DNA of 64,000 nt. Origin: Eledone cirrhosa. Its lineage: Eukaryota. Positions 24,906 through 39,340 of the stretch are shown here, piece after piece; the stretch's first letter is position 1; each line of letters opens with the position of its first letter. Location: the NCBI GenBank assembly GCA_964016885.1, contig OZ024746.1:69750001-69814000 (forward strand), given 5' to 3'. The notes beneath the pieces are model-generated. The model saw nothing but the letters and a program-made list of their open reading frames with translations. It ran no database searches and had not been told where the DNA came from. The translations under genes and the position numbers were made by a program.

Positions 24906-25849
24906 GGGTTAATAAAATTATGATGGAATGTTTCTAAACACTATAACCCCCCTCCCCCCACACAAAACAGCTTAGTATCATAGAACCAGGACAGTTTCGG
25001 AGTAAAGTCATTAAGCACGTAGACTAAAATGCCAAATTTATTCCAACTCTCTCCACTCTGTATCAATAAAGTAGTGCTGGAAGGCGATAGATTTGTGGCA
25101 CTGTTAGAGATACCTTGAAGTATATATTTTTTTTTTCCAGAAATTTTTAATATAATCAATTATACATGAATATATTATTTCAACTAAATATTACAAAAAG
25201 TTACATAATCATGGAAATATGTAAAAAAAAGAAAAGATAAAAACAAAATTAAGTATTGAAAAGAGTGAGGAAGGGTAAAGAACGGCAAATCTGATAATAT
25301 TGTCATGTCCTCGATATAACTAAAAATTTCTTTCAGTCCTATATTGTTTCTACTTGTTCATTAACTATTTTACAGGGTGTATTTTCATGGCAGCAACACT
25401 AGAGAGGTTGTCTTTAATCTGACAAGACTATGGGGTCCTTATTACTATACATTCTCCAGTCATTCAAGACAATGTGACCAAGCGGGTCAATAGAAGAGAG
25501 AGTAATGAGAGAAGTACTATCAGGGTGAATGGCTGAAGGCAGAGAAAGTATGATAGGTGACTTATTTTTTATATAGTCATCAAAAACATCCATTTTTTTT
25601 CAGTTTCGAAAGGTCTACAATGGTCATGACACAGTCCTTTTCTCAGGACCTAGAAAATATAAAATAAGAGGAATTGTTTCAATATTGGCTTAACTAAAAT
25701 GTAGGACAAGAAAACAAACAAATCTTTCCAGAACAAAACCAAAACAAAACTTGTTTATATCCACTTGGTATTTAACTGCGAGAATAAAATCTGTCAAGAT
25801 TATGCAATTTAGTTATTATAGTCCAGATTTATGAGAAAGTCCTCATAAA

Positions 25850-26005
25850 TCGACCTCAGTGCATTTTATTTTATTTTATCGACCTCGTAAGGATGAAAGG
25901 CAAAGCTAACCTCGGCGGGATTTGAACTCAGACCATAAAGGGCCGTAGCTCAATGCTGCAAAGCATGGTGTCCGACGCTCTACCGATTCTACCAATCCAC
26001 TGCCC
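25850..26005 (-). mobile_element. tRNA-SINE family A
   Basis: Head and core present on minus. Confidence 0.85.
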
Positions 26006-27405
26006 TTATTTCAATGTAGAGGATACAGGAGTTGACTTACATAATTAGATTGTTGTGGGGTTGAATGTTTTACTTATCATAGAACCTATAGCAAAGGAAA
26101 CATTTGGTGTTCTGTGATCAGTGGGGATGGCCATTTGTGGGTTAGAAACATCTGATGTCACTAGAGTCTCTGAACGACCTCCCTACTTATTGTAATCAGG
26201 GGGAGGATGGCCATGTGAGTGGGGGAAACATTTGGTGTCCCGGGTCCCTGAGCCATCTCCCTACTGTAATCACGGTGGAGATGGCTTGGGTCTCTTGAGG
26301 CCTTGGTTACCAACCTATGTGTGTGATGTTCTCTATGAAGAGTGAAGGAGCAGTGTCTGAGAGTACAGATAGATACTCAGTTGGTGTAAGACATTCAGTG
26401 ATAAGCCTTTGGCTTATCACTAGATAAGAGCTATATCTAGCTGCTTAGTGTGGGAGCTCTTGTACCATGCTAGGAAAGCATATTCCACAGCACTGTAGAC
26501 GAAGGTTAGAGCACTTGTATATAGGGTGGATGTGCTAGCACCTCATGATAACCTGCCAAGTGGCGTGGAAGGTTGTCCCTCGCAGACACCTTTGCACATA
26601 AGCACTCGAGGTGTTACCATAACTAATTTAAATGGTCTGTCTCGTCACACTGTATCATGCTGAATTTTTTCTGAGAATTACATTAACAGTACACTTATAT
26701 GGAATAGTTTGTCACACAATTTCCTGAGCTGATTGTTCTGTTGATCAAATAACTGGAAGACTGACCATTGAAACTGGCGGACATTTATCACAATCATCCC
26801 ATCTCATTTATCTCTGTCTGACTGCCTGAATGTTTTTCCTTTTTAATGTAGATGTAGATAAAGAGAGGACTGTTTTGTCTCATTCGAGGATATGACAATT
26901 GTTCTAGTGCTGGTGTCATGGTAAAATACATCCAGTACATCCTATAAAGTGGCTGGTGTTAGGAAAGGCATCAAACTGGAGAAACCATGTTAAAAATAGA
27001 TTTGTACAAGCAAGATATGGTCCTCTGAACCCTCTAGGAGGGATGTAACTGACTTGCACCATAAATACCTAATATTGGTGATGGGAATGATGATGGTGAT
27101 AATGTTGATGATGATGATTGATAAAATAAAGTGCTAGGGTAGGGCAGTACTAGGGTGGTAGATTGGTAGAATTGTTCATGCGTTGGATAAAATGCCTTGT
27201 ATTTGTTCTAGCTCTTTTCTTCCTGAGTTCTTGGATGGTGGACAAAACCTTCTAAGTTCTTCAGTTCATCCAATACTTATCTGAATGAAGTGGATTGTCC
27301 AAGCAGAATGAAAAAAATCATAAGTTCTTTGAGCAAAAAGCTACAACTGAGCAGTTGTTTATTTTCCGTTCTCAACCTTAATTTATCTGTCAATGAACCA
27401 TAAAT

Positions 27406-27440
<35 letters not shown>

Positions 27441-27452
27441 TATTATCATCAG

Positions 27453-27641
27453 AGGGCGGTGAATTGGCAGTATCGGTAAAGGGTCGGACATGCTTTCCAG
27501 CATAGTTACGTCCCTTTACGATCTGAGTTCAAATCCCCCCAAGGTTAACTTTGCCTTTCATCCATACGGGGGTCGTTAAAATAAAGTACTAGTAATGTAC
27601 TGGGTAATTGCTGGCCTTGTGCCTAAAGTAGAAACAATTAT
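27453..27641 (+). mobile_element. tRNA-SINE family A, full length, inserted in (CAT)n
   Basis: gggcggtgaattggcagtatcggta head, B-box, core and gtagaaacaatt tail. Confidence 0.9.
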
Positions 27642-27940
27642 CATCATCAACCTCATCTTCTGTTATGTAAATTGCCTTTTTATTATAAGACCTGGGTGGG
27701 TGTATATGATAAATATAATTGCTTTTAAGTATATGACAGGCTTGTATATTTTAGTAGAGTTAATAGTTAAGTACTGAAGTATCTTCTGTTTCTGAAAAGG
27801 AAACCCAGCCTTTGGAATGCAACTTAAGACTAAAGAAAGGATGGGTCTTTTATCTATGACAATATATATATTAGAGGTCAAAAACTGAAGAATTTGTAGG
27901 GAGCAGATGTAATAATCTTCCATACAGGAGACTCTTAGAG

Positions 27941-28206
27941 CAGGCCTTCTCATAGTGGGAGTTTCCTAAAAATACAGACATATTTTTACGAAAATCCGTA
28001 TTGTGAGTGCAATTAAGAACATTTTTATTTCATATTCTAGTTTTACCATCATTATTTGCTGCTGCTTGTAATTTTTCCGATAAAAAATAAAAATTAACTG
28101 TTTCTTCAAAATAACAAATTTCTTTTACCAAACTGATCATGGGTGTTGGTTGCTACAAATTTCTTTTAAAAAGTGGGTCACAATTTAAAAAGTTTAGGAA
28201 GGCCTG
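27941..28206. mobile_element. hAT-type MITE
   Basis: TIR caggccttc/gaaggcctg; 8-bp TSD tcttagag/ttttagag (1 mismatch). Confidence 0.7.
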
Positions 28207-28517
28207 TTTTAGAGCAAGAATACAATTTATGAGTTCTCTTGAGTGATGTAGCTACATTTTAGTGCTGTTCAATAAGGCAGAGCTACTGAGGATCCATTGA
28301 AATATCTTTTGATGCTTAATATTCTGATACCAAATCTTGGTTCTACGATACAAAACAGTTTATCTTAAACGGTTTATATTTATCTAAAAACTTTCTATCA
28401 TAACTTTATATAAGAACCTTTAAGATATACTTCAAACATCAATTTAATAATGAGAAAATTATCTGGAAGGTCAGGAAACCTGCTTCAGTACTAACTCGGT
28501 CAGGGAAAGTTGGTTTT

Positions 28518-28721
28518 TAATCCTTTAGCTTTTACATTACTTCATATATACTATTACATTTTCATGGTAAAGGTTTTATCTCATATAATGTTGAATCTGA
28601 GATTTTGATATTATTTATTTTGAGAACAATACCTTAATATAAAGTATGAGTGACCAGTTACAGCCACTTTAAACAGAAAGAAGTGAGAGAATTATGGCTG
28701 GTTTAAATGCTAATGGGTTAA
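28518..28721 (-). mobile_element. piggyBac-like MITE
   Basis: TTAA ends; inverted homologue of 44055-44272. Confidence 0.7.
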
Positions 28722-28729
28722 TGATGATG

Positions 28730-28946
28730 ATGGTTTCTTATATAGGCACAAGGCCAGCAATTTTGGGGGAGGGGAAAGTCGATTAAATTGATCCCAGTGC
28801 GTGACTGGTACTTTATTTTATCAACCCCGTAAGGATGAAAGGCAAAGTTAACCTCAATGGGATTTGAACTCTGATCATAAAGGGCCGTAACTCTATGTTA
28901 CAAAGCATGGCGTCCGACTCTACTGATACTGCCAATTTACTGCCCT
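28730..28946 (-). mobile_element. tRNA-SINE family A (long-tail variant)
   Basis: Head, B-box, core and tail on minus. Confidence 0.88.
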
Positions 28947-30225
28947 TGAAGATGATGATGATGATAATAAAAACTACTTATTTTACTAAATCTTTTAAAA
29001 TTCATGATTATTTTCAAAATTATTTGATAATCATAGGCAGTGTTTTTCATTAGAAATATTGTATGGAAAGGTTTCCAAACAAGCTCTGTAAAATCTCTTT
29101 TTAATGTTCATTATACTCATAGTTTATTATTGATTATTGTGGATTGGCAGAATACTTAGTGTTGGACTGTATTTAGTAACAACCCTTTACACTCTGTTCT
29201 AATTCTGCTGAGGTCAACTTATCTTTTCACCCTGTGTAATTAAGCAGTTTACTTTGTATTGTTATGGTTTTAAGTTCTGACCCACTGTGTGGTACCTTGG
29301 GCAAGTGTCCTCAACTGTAACTCTTGGTTGGTCAGGGCCTTGTGAGTCGAATTTAGTAGATAGAAACAGCAGAAGCTTGTTGTGTGTGTGTGTGTGCGTG
29401 TGTGTGTGTGTCTGTCATGTAATGGTTTGAGAAAAATGAGGTCTATGAGATAAGTACCATATGTGAAAAAATAATTACTGATATGATTGACTAAATCTCT
29501 AGACAAGCAATGCCACAGCATGGCCACTGTCTAATTACTGAAACCAGTAATAGAATAAAAGAACAGAGACAATCCCACCCTCTACCCACTATTTCATGAG
29601 AGGAAATAATTTTAGAGGACAGAAAAATTAAAAAATATAACAAATACTCTCATAACTGGATGCAGGGGAAGGGGATGTGTGTTCAATTTTACTTTCAATT
29701 GTAATTAAAATCTCCAGATTTACAGAAGACAATTAACTAATTGATTGAGTTTTACACAAATTATCTATTATTAGACTGCACACTACTTTTTAGTGTGAGG
29801 GTTTCCATTTGTTTGTGTGTTGTATATGTATTGTGTGTGTGTGTGTGTGTTTTATGTGTATTGTATGTGTAGTATGCATATATGTGTGTGTTTTATGTGT
29901 ATTGTATGTGTAGTATGCATATATGTGTGTGTTTTATGTGTATTGTATGTGTAGTATGCATATATATGTGTGTGTGTGTGTCATTTTAACAGTTGATTTA
30001 AAAAGGAACTAGAAATCAATGATAACTAACAGATAGATAGATAGAGAGTGTGAGATGGATAGATAGATGTATATATCATCTTCATCATCATTTCATTTTC
30101 TCATTTCATTCTCTCACTTCTTTCTGTTCAAATCAGCTGTAACCGGCCACTGATGCTGATTTTAAGGTATTGTTCTCAAAATAAATATCAAAATCTTGTA
30201 GATTCGTTATAATGTTAGGTATTTA

Positions 30226-31012
30226 TCTATATATATAAAACCGATTTTTTTCAAACTTTACACATGTAATACTTATGGTTGTGTGAGTGTTTTGAGAAAA
30301 AATATTTCAAATTTTCAATGCCCTGGGGAATGCATTAGGCGAAAAACCGCACATTTTAGGCTTTGAAGGCTTTTTTGAGGCATAACGGAACAATAATCCA
30401 GGCGATTTCTTCAAAATTTGCATTACTTATGTCGTTTAAAGTGCTTTGAGCAAAAAAGATTTTCTCATTTTTTGCCCCAAGCGAAAAACTGATTTTTTAA
30501 AAAGTATTTTGGTTTCGTTAAGGCCTGTAACCTGAGAAGTACCCAACCGATTTTTTTTTAAATTTGCATAGGCATTACTTATGTCTCACAAATTTTCTTG
30601 ACTGAAAAAGATTTCAAATTTTTGCCCAGGGACTGCATTATTTAGCATTTTGGTTGCGTTAGGGCCTGTAACCTTAAAAGTATCCAACTAAATTCCTTTA
30701 TGCTCTCCACCACCGCAGTCCCACATGCTTACTGATCTGTAACTATTGCTTTCATTGTACCATAGCACAACAAATACATGCCTTTTTACTTAACCCTATC
30801 GTCTTGGCTTTCGTGGGTTGAACATTTTACTCTTGGGCACCCAATTAAGTTAAACCCTTGGTAATCTACGACAAATTTCTTTTATAAGCACAAAATGTAG
30901 ACACCATCCCCAGGCCGAGGTATTCTGTACTTCTCTGTACTGTTTCAGAAAGGAGGGATAAACATGCCAATCTATGATTAGAATCCCGAGCAACGCCGGG
31001 CCATTCTGCTAG
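30226..31012 (+). mobile_element. Non-autonomous Helitron
   Basis: A|TCTATATATATAAAA 5' end; cccg-agcaacgc-cggg hairpin at 30985-31000; CTAG|T 3' end; no TSD; internal ccgatttttttcaaa repeats. Confidence 0.88.
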
Positions 31013-31149
31013 TGTGTAATAAAATATAAAAATGAAAACGTATTATGTGTGTGTGTGTGTCCTATTTTATGACTGTGTGAGTGTGTGTGTGAGTGTCTGT
31101 GTGTATTAGTTAAGCGAATGAGGCCTGGGATCTTGTTGATGAACTCTCG

Positions 31150-31207
<58 letters not shown>

Positions 31208-32507
31208 ATATATATATATATGTGTGGAGTGAGAGACTCCTAGTGTAAGATAAAGCATTTACCTCAAAAATACAATAGTATATATAGAGTAATGTAAATG
31301 TTAAAGGGTTAAGATTTATTTGCAATAACTTTACTAGTTTTACAATTTTATGATTTTCAAAAGTTAAGTAAGATGGAAAAACATGGGTTTATGCTGTAAC
31401 TGCCTTGCGTATATATGTGTGTTATTGTTTATGTTTGTGTTCCATAAGTTAGCAATTCAATGAAAAGAGATTGATGAAATGTGTTAGACTTTTAAAATAT
31501 AAAAAAAAGAAATTGGGTTGATGTGATACACAAAAATCCCTTTCAGGCTGTGCCACACTCTAATAACGGAACTGAAACAAGAAAAAAAAGAAGATATATT
31601 TAGCTCCTGGTTTTCTTTAACAAACAAAATTACATCCAAATTGCTTTTCCAATTTACTATCAGAAATACTTCCTGTTATGAAAAGTTGGATTAAAGTAAT
31701 GATTATTCTCATGAGAATTGGGTTGAGGATGGGAAGAGAGCCAGACAAACCTTAGCACAACAGAGTAGAGTGATACTGATCCACAGCCTGGGTCCACGAA
31801 AAAGAGTAGGGTGGGCAGGTTTGTCAGTAAAGTTTGCAGTTTTTCATAACCTTCTTCATGATATTCTAATGCTGAAATGATATAGATTTTTCCTTTCTTT
31901 TTTTTTTGAATATAAAGTATACATATATATTATTTATATTATCAGCTTTAAGTGGTTCTTTATAAATCACTGTAATATTTAGGGGTTGTATTATGAAAAA
32001 AGGTTTGGAGATCACTACTCTGTGATACTGCCAGGATCATTTTGATTATTCTATGGGAAAGTCATTGAACATGTATTAAAGACAAACCAGTTCAGTAATC
32101 CTTTTGAAACTAATCTGGCCAAAACTTGTTTTGGTTCTATGAAAGAAAATTACCAATTTCAAAGGGTTCCTCTTTGAATTAAAATATTCCAAAATAATTT
32201 TATATGAGACCCATGTGTTAAGTTACTGTTGTAGTAATGAACTAATTAATTATTTCATTCATTCTTTGCATTCCGTCTCTCATAGTAACATTTCCAGGCT
32301 TCTTTCTTTTGAGCATCCAACCAGAGAAATCTTGTTAAACAAAGGATTGGGAAGACCTTCAGTTGTGTCAAGGGCATGACAACTTATGAACATTTGAAAG
32401 AATGTGAGTCATCACACACCACACACTTACACCACACACTGACACTACACACTCACGCTGACATCACATACAGACACCTTACATACATATACACCTGTAG
32501 GCACCTG

Positions 32508-32709
32508 TGAAGGCGTGTGGCTGAGTGGTTAGAGAATTGGATTTGCAATCGTAAGGTTGTGAGTTCGATTCCTGGAACAGGTGATGCGTTATGTCCTTGA
32601 GCAAGACACTTTATTTCACGTTGCGACCGATAGATAGTATTAGCAATTGGAAAGACCAACGGAAACATTGTTCCCTCGGTCCGATTTGACGAAAGTCGAT
32701 CGTTCCTAA

Positions 32710-32710
<1 letters not shown>
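32508..32710 (+). mobile_element. tRNA-SINE family B with CORE/V-like middle
   Basis: tggctgagtggttaga A-box, gagttcgattcc B-box, ccttgagcaagacactt. Confidence 0.85.
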
Positions 32711-32744
<34 letters not shown>

Positions 32745-33264
32745 GTAGGGTTGCAAAGTAAATGCGTCCGTGGGTGGAATGCCAGTTGAGCACTCGATGC
32801 TCGCGCAGAGCAGAATATATTATTATAAAAAACAAGGAATCAGTGTTTCATCATCTCACATTTATTAACATATTACATATATTTCTCTGTCGATCAGCTC
32901 AAGATCTGTTACAGATTGAACCCGACTCTGCAGTCGAAGGATCTTCAGATATGTTTTGTGTGTTCAGACATCTCAGCTGATATTTATCTGTAGTACATAT
33001 TATCATCCTGCTATTTCGGCCTTTTCATTAGTTCAATAATCCCACCATCATCATCTTTCTATCCACTGTTGTTATTCCATTGCCTGGTTAAGCTGCTGTA
33101 TTCGTTCATGCATCACCTGGCACCACATATAGTTGTTTGTCAGTTACTACTACTTTACCATTCTCATACCACCGACTTCCCTACATATACATATACACGC
33201 TCACACACACATGTATATGTGCACGCACGTATACACACACGTACATATACACATACATATACAT

Positions 33265-33309
<45 letters not shown>

Positions 33310-33989
33310 CTTGCCTATGTACAAAGCGAAACCTACAGTCAGTAGGCACCTCTTAACCAAATATACCCCAATCCACTACCCCTACCCTATCCTCCCACTA
33401 ACACCAACACCACCCTCTCTCTATAAAGTTGGTACCACAACATCCAGTCCTAAATAAATGAGATAATGAGATCGAGATCGTGTAGGTGTCACAAGAAAAA
33501 TCACACAATCCACGCTGTAATGTGGCTGTGTAGGTAACACGGTAAAAAGTTCCCAGTTCCACACTGTAAATGTGGTTGGTGTTAGGAAGGGCATCCAGCC
33601 GTAGAAAACCTGCCAGATAGTCCTATATGAGCGAGACACGGTCACCCGACCAACCTTGCCTCAAGTGGGACAACTCCCGTCTAACCTAGCGTGGAAAATG
33701 GACGTTAAACGAAGATGATGATGATGATCATCATCATCATTATCATTTAATGTCCATCTATATATACACACACACACACACATATATACAAAACATAATA
33801 GATAAACATATATATATGTATACCCACACACACACATACATCATCGTTTAACATCCATCTACATATACACACACATATATATATATATATAAAATCTATA
33901 TACATAAACATATACATACACGCACGCGCATGCGCACACACCGCACGCACACACACACACACACAGACACAGACACAGACACACACACA

Positions 33990-35055
33990 CACTCAATTGT
34001 CTTGATGAATATAAAGGTGGGTACAGTAAATATTAAAAACATAAGGTGAAAAATAAAATAAAATAAAATAAAATATAAGCAATGATATGAGGTGATGTGC
34101 GGGCCGAAATGAGATCCCACCCCTACGTAAATACTAGGCAACCTCAAACCCGCACTTGTCACTGCCGCAATAGTACACAATGTCCACTACAGGGGAGCTG
34201 TCTAACAAAAGGAATCGTGTACAAATGTGTGGTTGAGACACACAACACAAAGCACATTTACATCGGTGCTATATCCATGACCTTTAAGTCGAGGATGTAC
34301 AACCATACAATTCTTTCACGGACCGGGCTAAGAGACACTCCACTAGACTGGTGGACTTAATCTGGGGCTTGAAAGATAGTGGCACAGCATACAAGCTCTA
34401 CTGGAGTGTAATTGAGCATGCAGCTGTATATTCCGCCAGTGAAAGATAATGCAGACTACGTCTGACACAGGCCATGGAGATAGTCAGATTTAAGGATAAC
34501 ACGGTCAACCTGAAATCCGAGGTCATCTTGGCATGCAGGCATCAACAGAACTGCACATTTTTTGCACTGGAGTTCCCGGATGGTTATAGAGTGCGCCCTA
34601 TGGATCAACGACCAATATAGAGTGGCGTGTTCATGTGTCCCTCATTTATTTCACCTCACGGACCTCAAGACGTGTCTGTCTATCTGTTGAATCACACGCC
34701 GGATTGAGGACCACATGTTAATAAGAATATGTAGTAATATGAATATTGGGGTGTATTGTCTGATGGGGTTGAACCTAATTTGTTTGTGTACCTGTGCACC
34801 GTTAACGTTTCATTCGTTTATTGATGTAACGGCATATTATTTTACAAGATACCCATTTTTTCTTGGTTTTCTGATGTTTGATTATTGGCTCCATTCACAT
34901 ATGCAGACCCAGGCAAGGGGAAGGACATATGTATTATGTGACATTACATCATTGCCTATATTTTAATTTATTTTATGTTTAATTTTATGTTTTGTATATG
35001 TGCTGTACTCGCCCTTGTATTCACAAAGACAGTCGTGTGTGTGTGTATATGTGTT

Positions 35056-35102
<47 letters not shown>

Positions 35103-35391
35103 GTGTGTGTGTGTGTGTGTGTGTGCTGGTGTGTGTATGTATGGGTATGTGTGTGCATGTATATGTGTGTAGTTAATTTTCACACATGCGTACGTGCAGG
35201 TTGTTTGATTTTGATTATCGGTTCCATTTACATATACGGACACAAACAAGGGGCAGCACATATGTGTCATGATATCATTGTCTATATTTTATTTTATTTT
35301 ATTTTATTTTATTTTTCTTTATCATTTTATTTTTCACCTTATGTTTTTAATATTTACTGTACCCACCTTTATATTCATAGACAGTTGAGTG
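33990..35391 (+). mobile_element. Penelope-like element 3' fragment (GIY-YIG endonuclease) with inverted terminal repeat
   Basis: CHCRNSTQCPLQGSCLTKGIVY..YIG..FKSRMYNH, frameshift, then IWGLKD..W..VNLKSEVILACRH; 33990-34090 is an inverted copy of ~35275-35391. Confidence 0.9.
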
Positions 35392-35549
35392 TGTATATAT
35401 GTGAGTGTGTGTATAAATATATATATATATAATATATATGTGTGTATATGTTTATGTATATAGTTTTTTTATATATATATATATGTGTGTGTGTGTATAT
35501 ATATATTTATATATTTTTTTTTATGTATGTGTAGATATGTATATATAAG

Positions 35550-37128
35550 TAATACAGAATGGGGTCATACCGAAAGACTGGCGTAGCATCATCATCATTA
35601 ACTGCTACAAGGGTAACGGGGATGCTCTAGATAGGGGAAACTATAGAGGCATTAAGTTAGTTGACCAGGTCATGAAGGTCACAGAAAGAGTTATAGCGCA
35701 ACTAATCAGAGAGCGAATTGATCTAGATGAAATGCAGTTTGGGTTTGTGTCAGGTAAAAGTACCACAAACGCTCTTTTCCTTGTACGACAACTACAAGAG
35801 AAGTACCTAGCTAAAAGTAAACCCATCTACTTAGCTTTTGTAGACCTGGAGAAAGCTTTTGACAGTCCCCCGCTCCATTATCTGGTGGGCTCTTAGAAAA
35901 CTAGGTGTTGATGAATGGCTTGTGAGAGCCATACAAGCTATGTATAATGAAACAGTCAGTAAGGTTAGAATTAACAATGAATATTGTGAAGAATTTAGTG
36001 TAAAAGTTGGCGTTCATCAGGGCTCTGTCCTTAGCACCCTCTTATTTATTATTGCCCTTCAGGCTAGAACAGAGGAGTTCAAGACCGGCTGCCCATGGGA
36101 ACTCCTATACGCAGATGATCTAACGCTCATAGCTGAATCAATGGCTGAACTAGAAAAGAAATTCCAAACATGGAAGCATGGCCTAGAATCAAAAGGCCTT
36201 AAAGTTAACTTGTCTAAAGTAAACTAAAGTCCTAGTTTGTAGAAAGGAAAATAAGGCACAGGTACCCTCAGGGAAATGGCCTTGCTCAGTGTGTAGGAAA
36301 GGAGTAGGCAGAAATTCAATTTTATGTCCCAAATGCAAAGTATGGGTACATAAATGATGTAGTGGGATCACAGGTAAACTATCTAAGAACGTAGACTTTA
36401 TATGTGGCCGATGCTCAGGTGCAATAGTTAGCAAGTGTCCACAGGATACTAGCCGCTTCTATTGCCCAGATGGTTCTATAGAAATAGTAGACACTTTCCG
36501 TTACCTGGGTGACGAAATCAGCAGTGGTGGAGGGTGTTCTGAAAGGACAGTAGCCAGAGTCAGAACGGGATGGAAAAAGTTCAGAGAGCTTATACCGCTG
36601 TTGGCCACAAAAGGTTTCTCTCTAAAAATTGTTTCTACTTTAGGCACAAGGCCAGCAATTACCCAGTGCATTACTGGTACTTTCTCTCTAATAATGAAAG
36701 GCAGATTGTATGATACTTGTATACGAACAGCAATGCTACATGGCAGTGAGACATGGGCATTGCGTGCAGAGGACCTGCGTAGACTGGAAAGGAACGAAGC
36801 ATGCATGCTCCGTTGGATGTGTAATAGTAATATACGTGAACGGCAAAGCATAAATGAACTAAGTGAGAAATTAGGAATAAGAGGGATCAGATGTTGTTTA
36901 CTCGAGAGAAGACTACATTGGTATGGCCACGTGATGCGCATGAAAGACGACAGCTGTATAAAAAAGTGCAGGGCCATCAAAATTGATGGTAGTTACGGAG
37001 TAGGTAGACCCAGAAAAACCTGGGACGATCTGATAAATTCTGACCTTACACAATTGCACCTCACTAAGACAATGTCACTGGACCGAGATCTTTGGCGCTA
37101 CGCAGTAATACAGAAGACCCGCCTTGCC
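35550..37128 (+). mobile_element. 5'-truncated RTE LINE (second subfamily), decayed
   Basis: AFVDLEKAFD, GVHQGSVLS, LLYADDL, MLHGSETW. Confidence 0.93.
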
Positions 37129-37809
37129 TCTGTACAAAGCGAAACCTACAGTCAAGTAGGCACCTCTTAACCAAATATACACCCCAATCCACTACCCCTA
37201 CCCTATCCTCCCACTCCCACCAACACCACCCCCTCTCTATAAAGTTGGTACCACAACATCCAGTCCAAATAAATGAGATAAATGAGATCGAGATCGTGTA
37301 GGTGTCACGAGAAAAAAACACACAGTCCACGCTGTAATGTGGCTGTGTAGGTAACACGGTAAAAAGTTCCCAGTTCCACACTGTAAATGTGGTTGGTGTT
37401 AGGAAGGGCATCCAGCCGTAGAAAACCTGCCAGATAGTCCTATATGAGCGAGACACGGTCACCCGACCAACGTTGCCTCAAGTGGGACAACTCCCGTCTA
37501 ACCTAGCGTGGAAAATGGACGTTAAACGAAGATGATGATGATGATGATCATCATCATTATCATTTAATGTCCATCTATATATACACACACACACACACAC
37601 ACATATATACAAAACATATATAGATAAACATATATATATGTATACCCACACACACACATACATCATCGTTTAACATCCATCTACATATACACACACATAT
37701 ATATATATATAAAATCTATATACATAAACATATACATACGCGCATGCGCATGCGCACACACCGCACACACACACACACAGACACAGACACAGACACAGAC
37801 ACACACACA

Positions 37810-38877
37810 CACTCAATTGTCTTGATGAATATAAAGGTGGGTACAGTAAATATTAAAAACATAAGGTGAAAAATAAAATAAAATAAAATAAAATATAAGC
37901 AATGATATGAGGTGATGTGTGGGCCGAAATGAGATCCCACCCCTACGTAAATACTAGGCAACCTCAAACCCGCACTTGTCACTGCCGCAATAGTACACAA
38001 TGTCCACTACAGGGGAGCTGTCTAACAAAAGGAATCGTGTACAAATGTGTGGTTGAGACACACAACACAAAGCACATTTACATCGGTGCTATATCCATGA
38101 CCTTTAAGTCGAGGATGTACAACCATACAATTCTTTCACGGACCGGGCTAAGAGACACTCCACTAGACTGGTGGACTTAATCTGGGGCTTGAAAGATAGT
38201 GGCACAGCATACAAGCTCTACTGGAGTGTAATTGAGCATGCAGCTGTATATTCCGCCAGTGAAAGATAATGCAGACTACGTCTGACACAGGCCATGGAGA
38301 TAGTCAGATTTAAGGATAACACGGTCAACCTGAAATCCGAGGTCATCTTGGCATGCAGGCATCAACAGAACTGCACATTTTTTGCACTGGAGTTCCCGGA
38401 TGGTTATAGAGTGCGCCCTATGGATCAACGACCAATATAGAGTGGCGTGTTCATGTGTCCCTCATTTATTTCACCTCACGGACCTCAAGACGTGTCTGTC
38501 TATCTGTTGAATCACACCCCGGATTGAGGACCACATGTTAATAAGAATATGTAGTAATATGAATATTGGGGTGTATTGTCTGATGGGGTTGAACCTAATT
38601 TGTTTGTGTACCTGTGCACCGTTAACGTTTCATTCGTTTATTGATGTAACGGCATATTATTTTACAAGATACCCATTTTTTCTTGGTTTTCTGATGTTTG
38701 ATTATTGGCTCCATTCACATATGCGGACCCAGGCAAGGGGAAGGACATATGTATTATGTGACATTACATCATTGCCTATATTTTAATTTATTTTATGTTT
38801 TGTATATGTGCTGTACTCGCCCTTGTATTCACAAAGACAGTCGTGTGTGTGTGTATATGTGTTTATGTGTGTGTGTG

Positions 38878-38909
<32 letters not shown>

Positions 38910-39170
38910 CTGGTGTGTGTATGTATGGGTATGTGTGTGCATGTATATGTGTGTAGTTAATTTTCACACATGCGTACGTGCAGGTTGTTTGATTTTGATT
39001 ATCGGTTCCATTTACATATACGGACACAAACAAGGGGCAGCACATATGTGTCATGATATCATTGTCTATATTTTATTTTATTTTATTTTATTTTTCTTTA
39101 TCATTTTATTTTTCACCTTATGTTTTTAATATTTACTGTACCCACCTTTATATTCATAGACAGTTGAGTG
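37810..39170 (+). mobile_element. Penelope-like element fragment, duplicate copy
   Basis: Near-identical to 33990-35391. Confidence 0.9.
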
Positions 39171-39340
39171 TGTATATATGTGAGTGTGTGTATAAATATA
39201 TATATAATATATATGTGTGTATATGTATGTGTGTGTATATGTTTATGTATATAGTTTTTATATATATATATATATGTGTGTGTGTGTATATATATATTTA
39301 TATATTTTTTTTTATGTATGTGTAGATATGTATATATAAG

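Noticed and set aside
32508-32590. tRNA gene
   Set aside because: A/B boxes present but no acceptor stem; continues into SINE body
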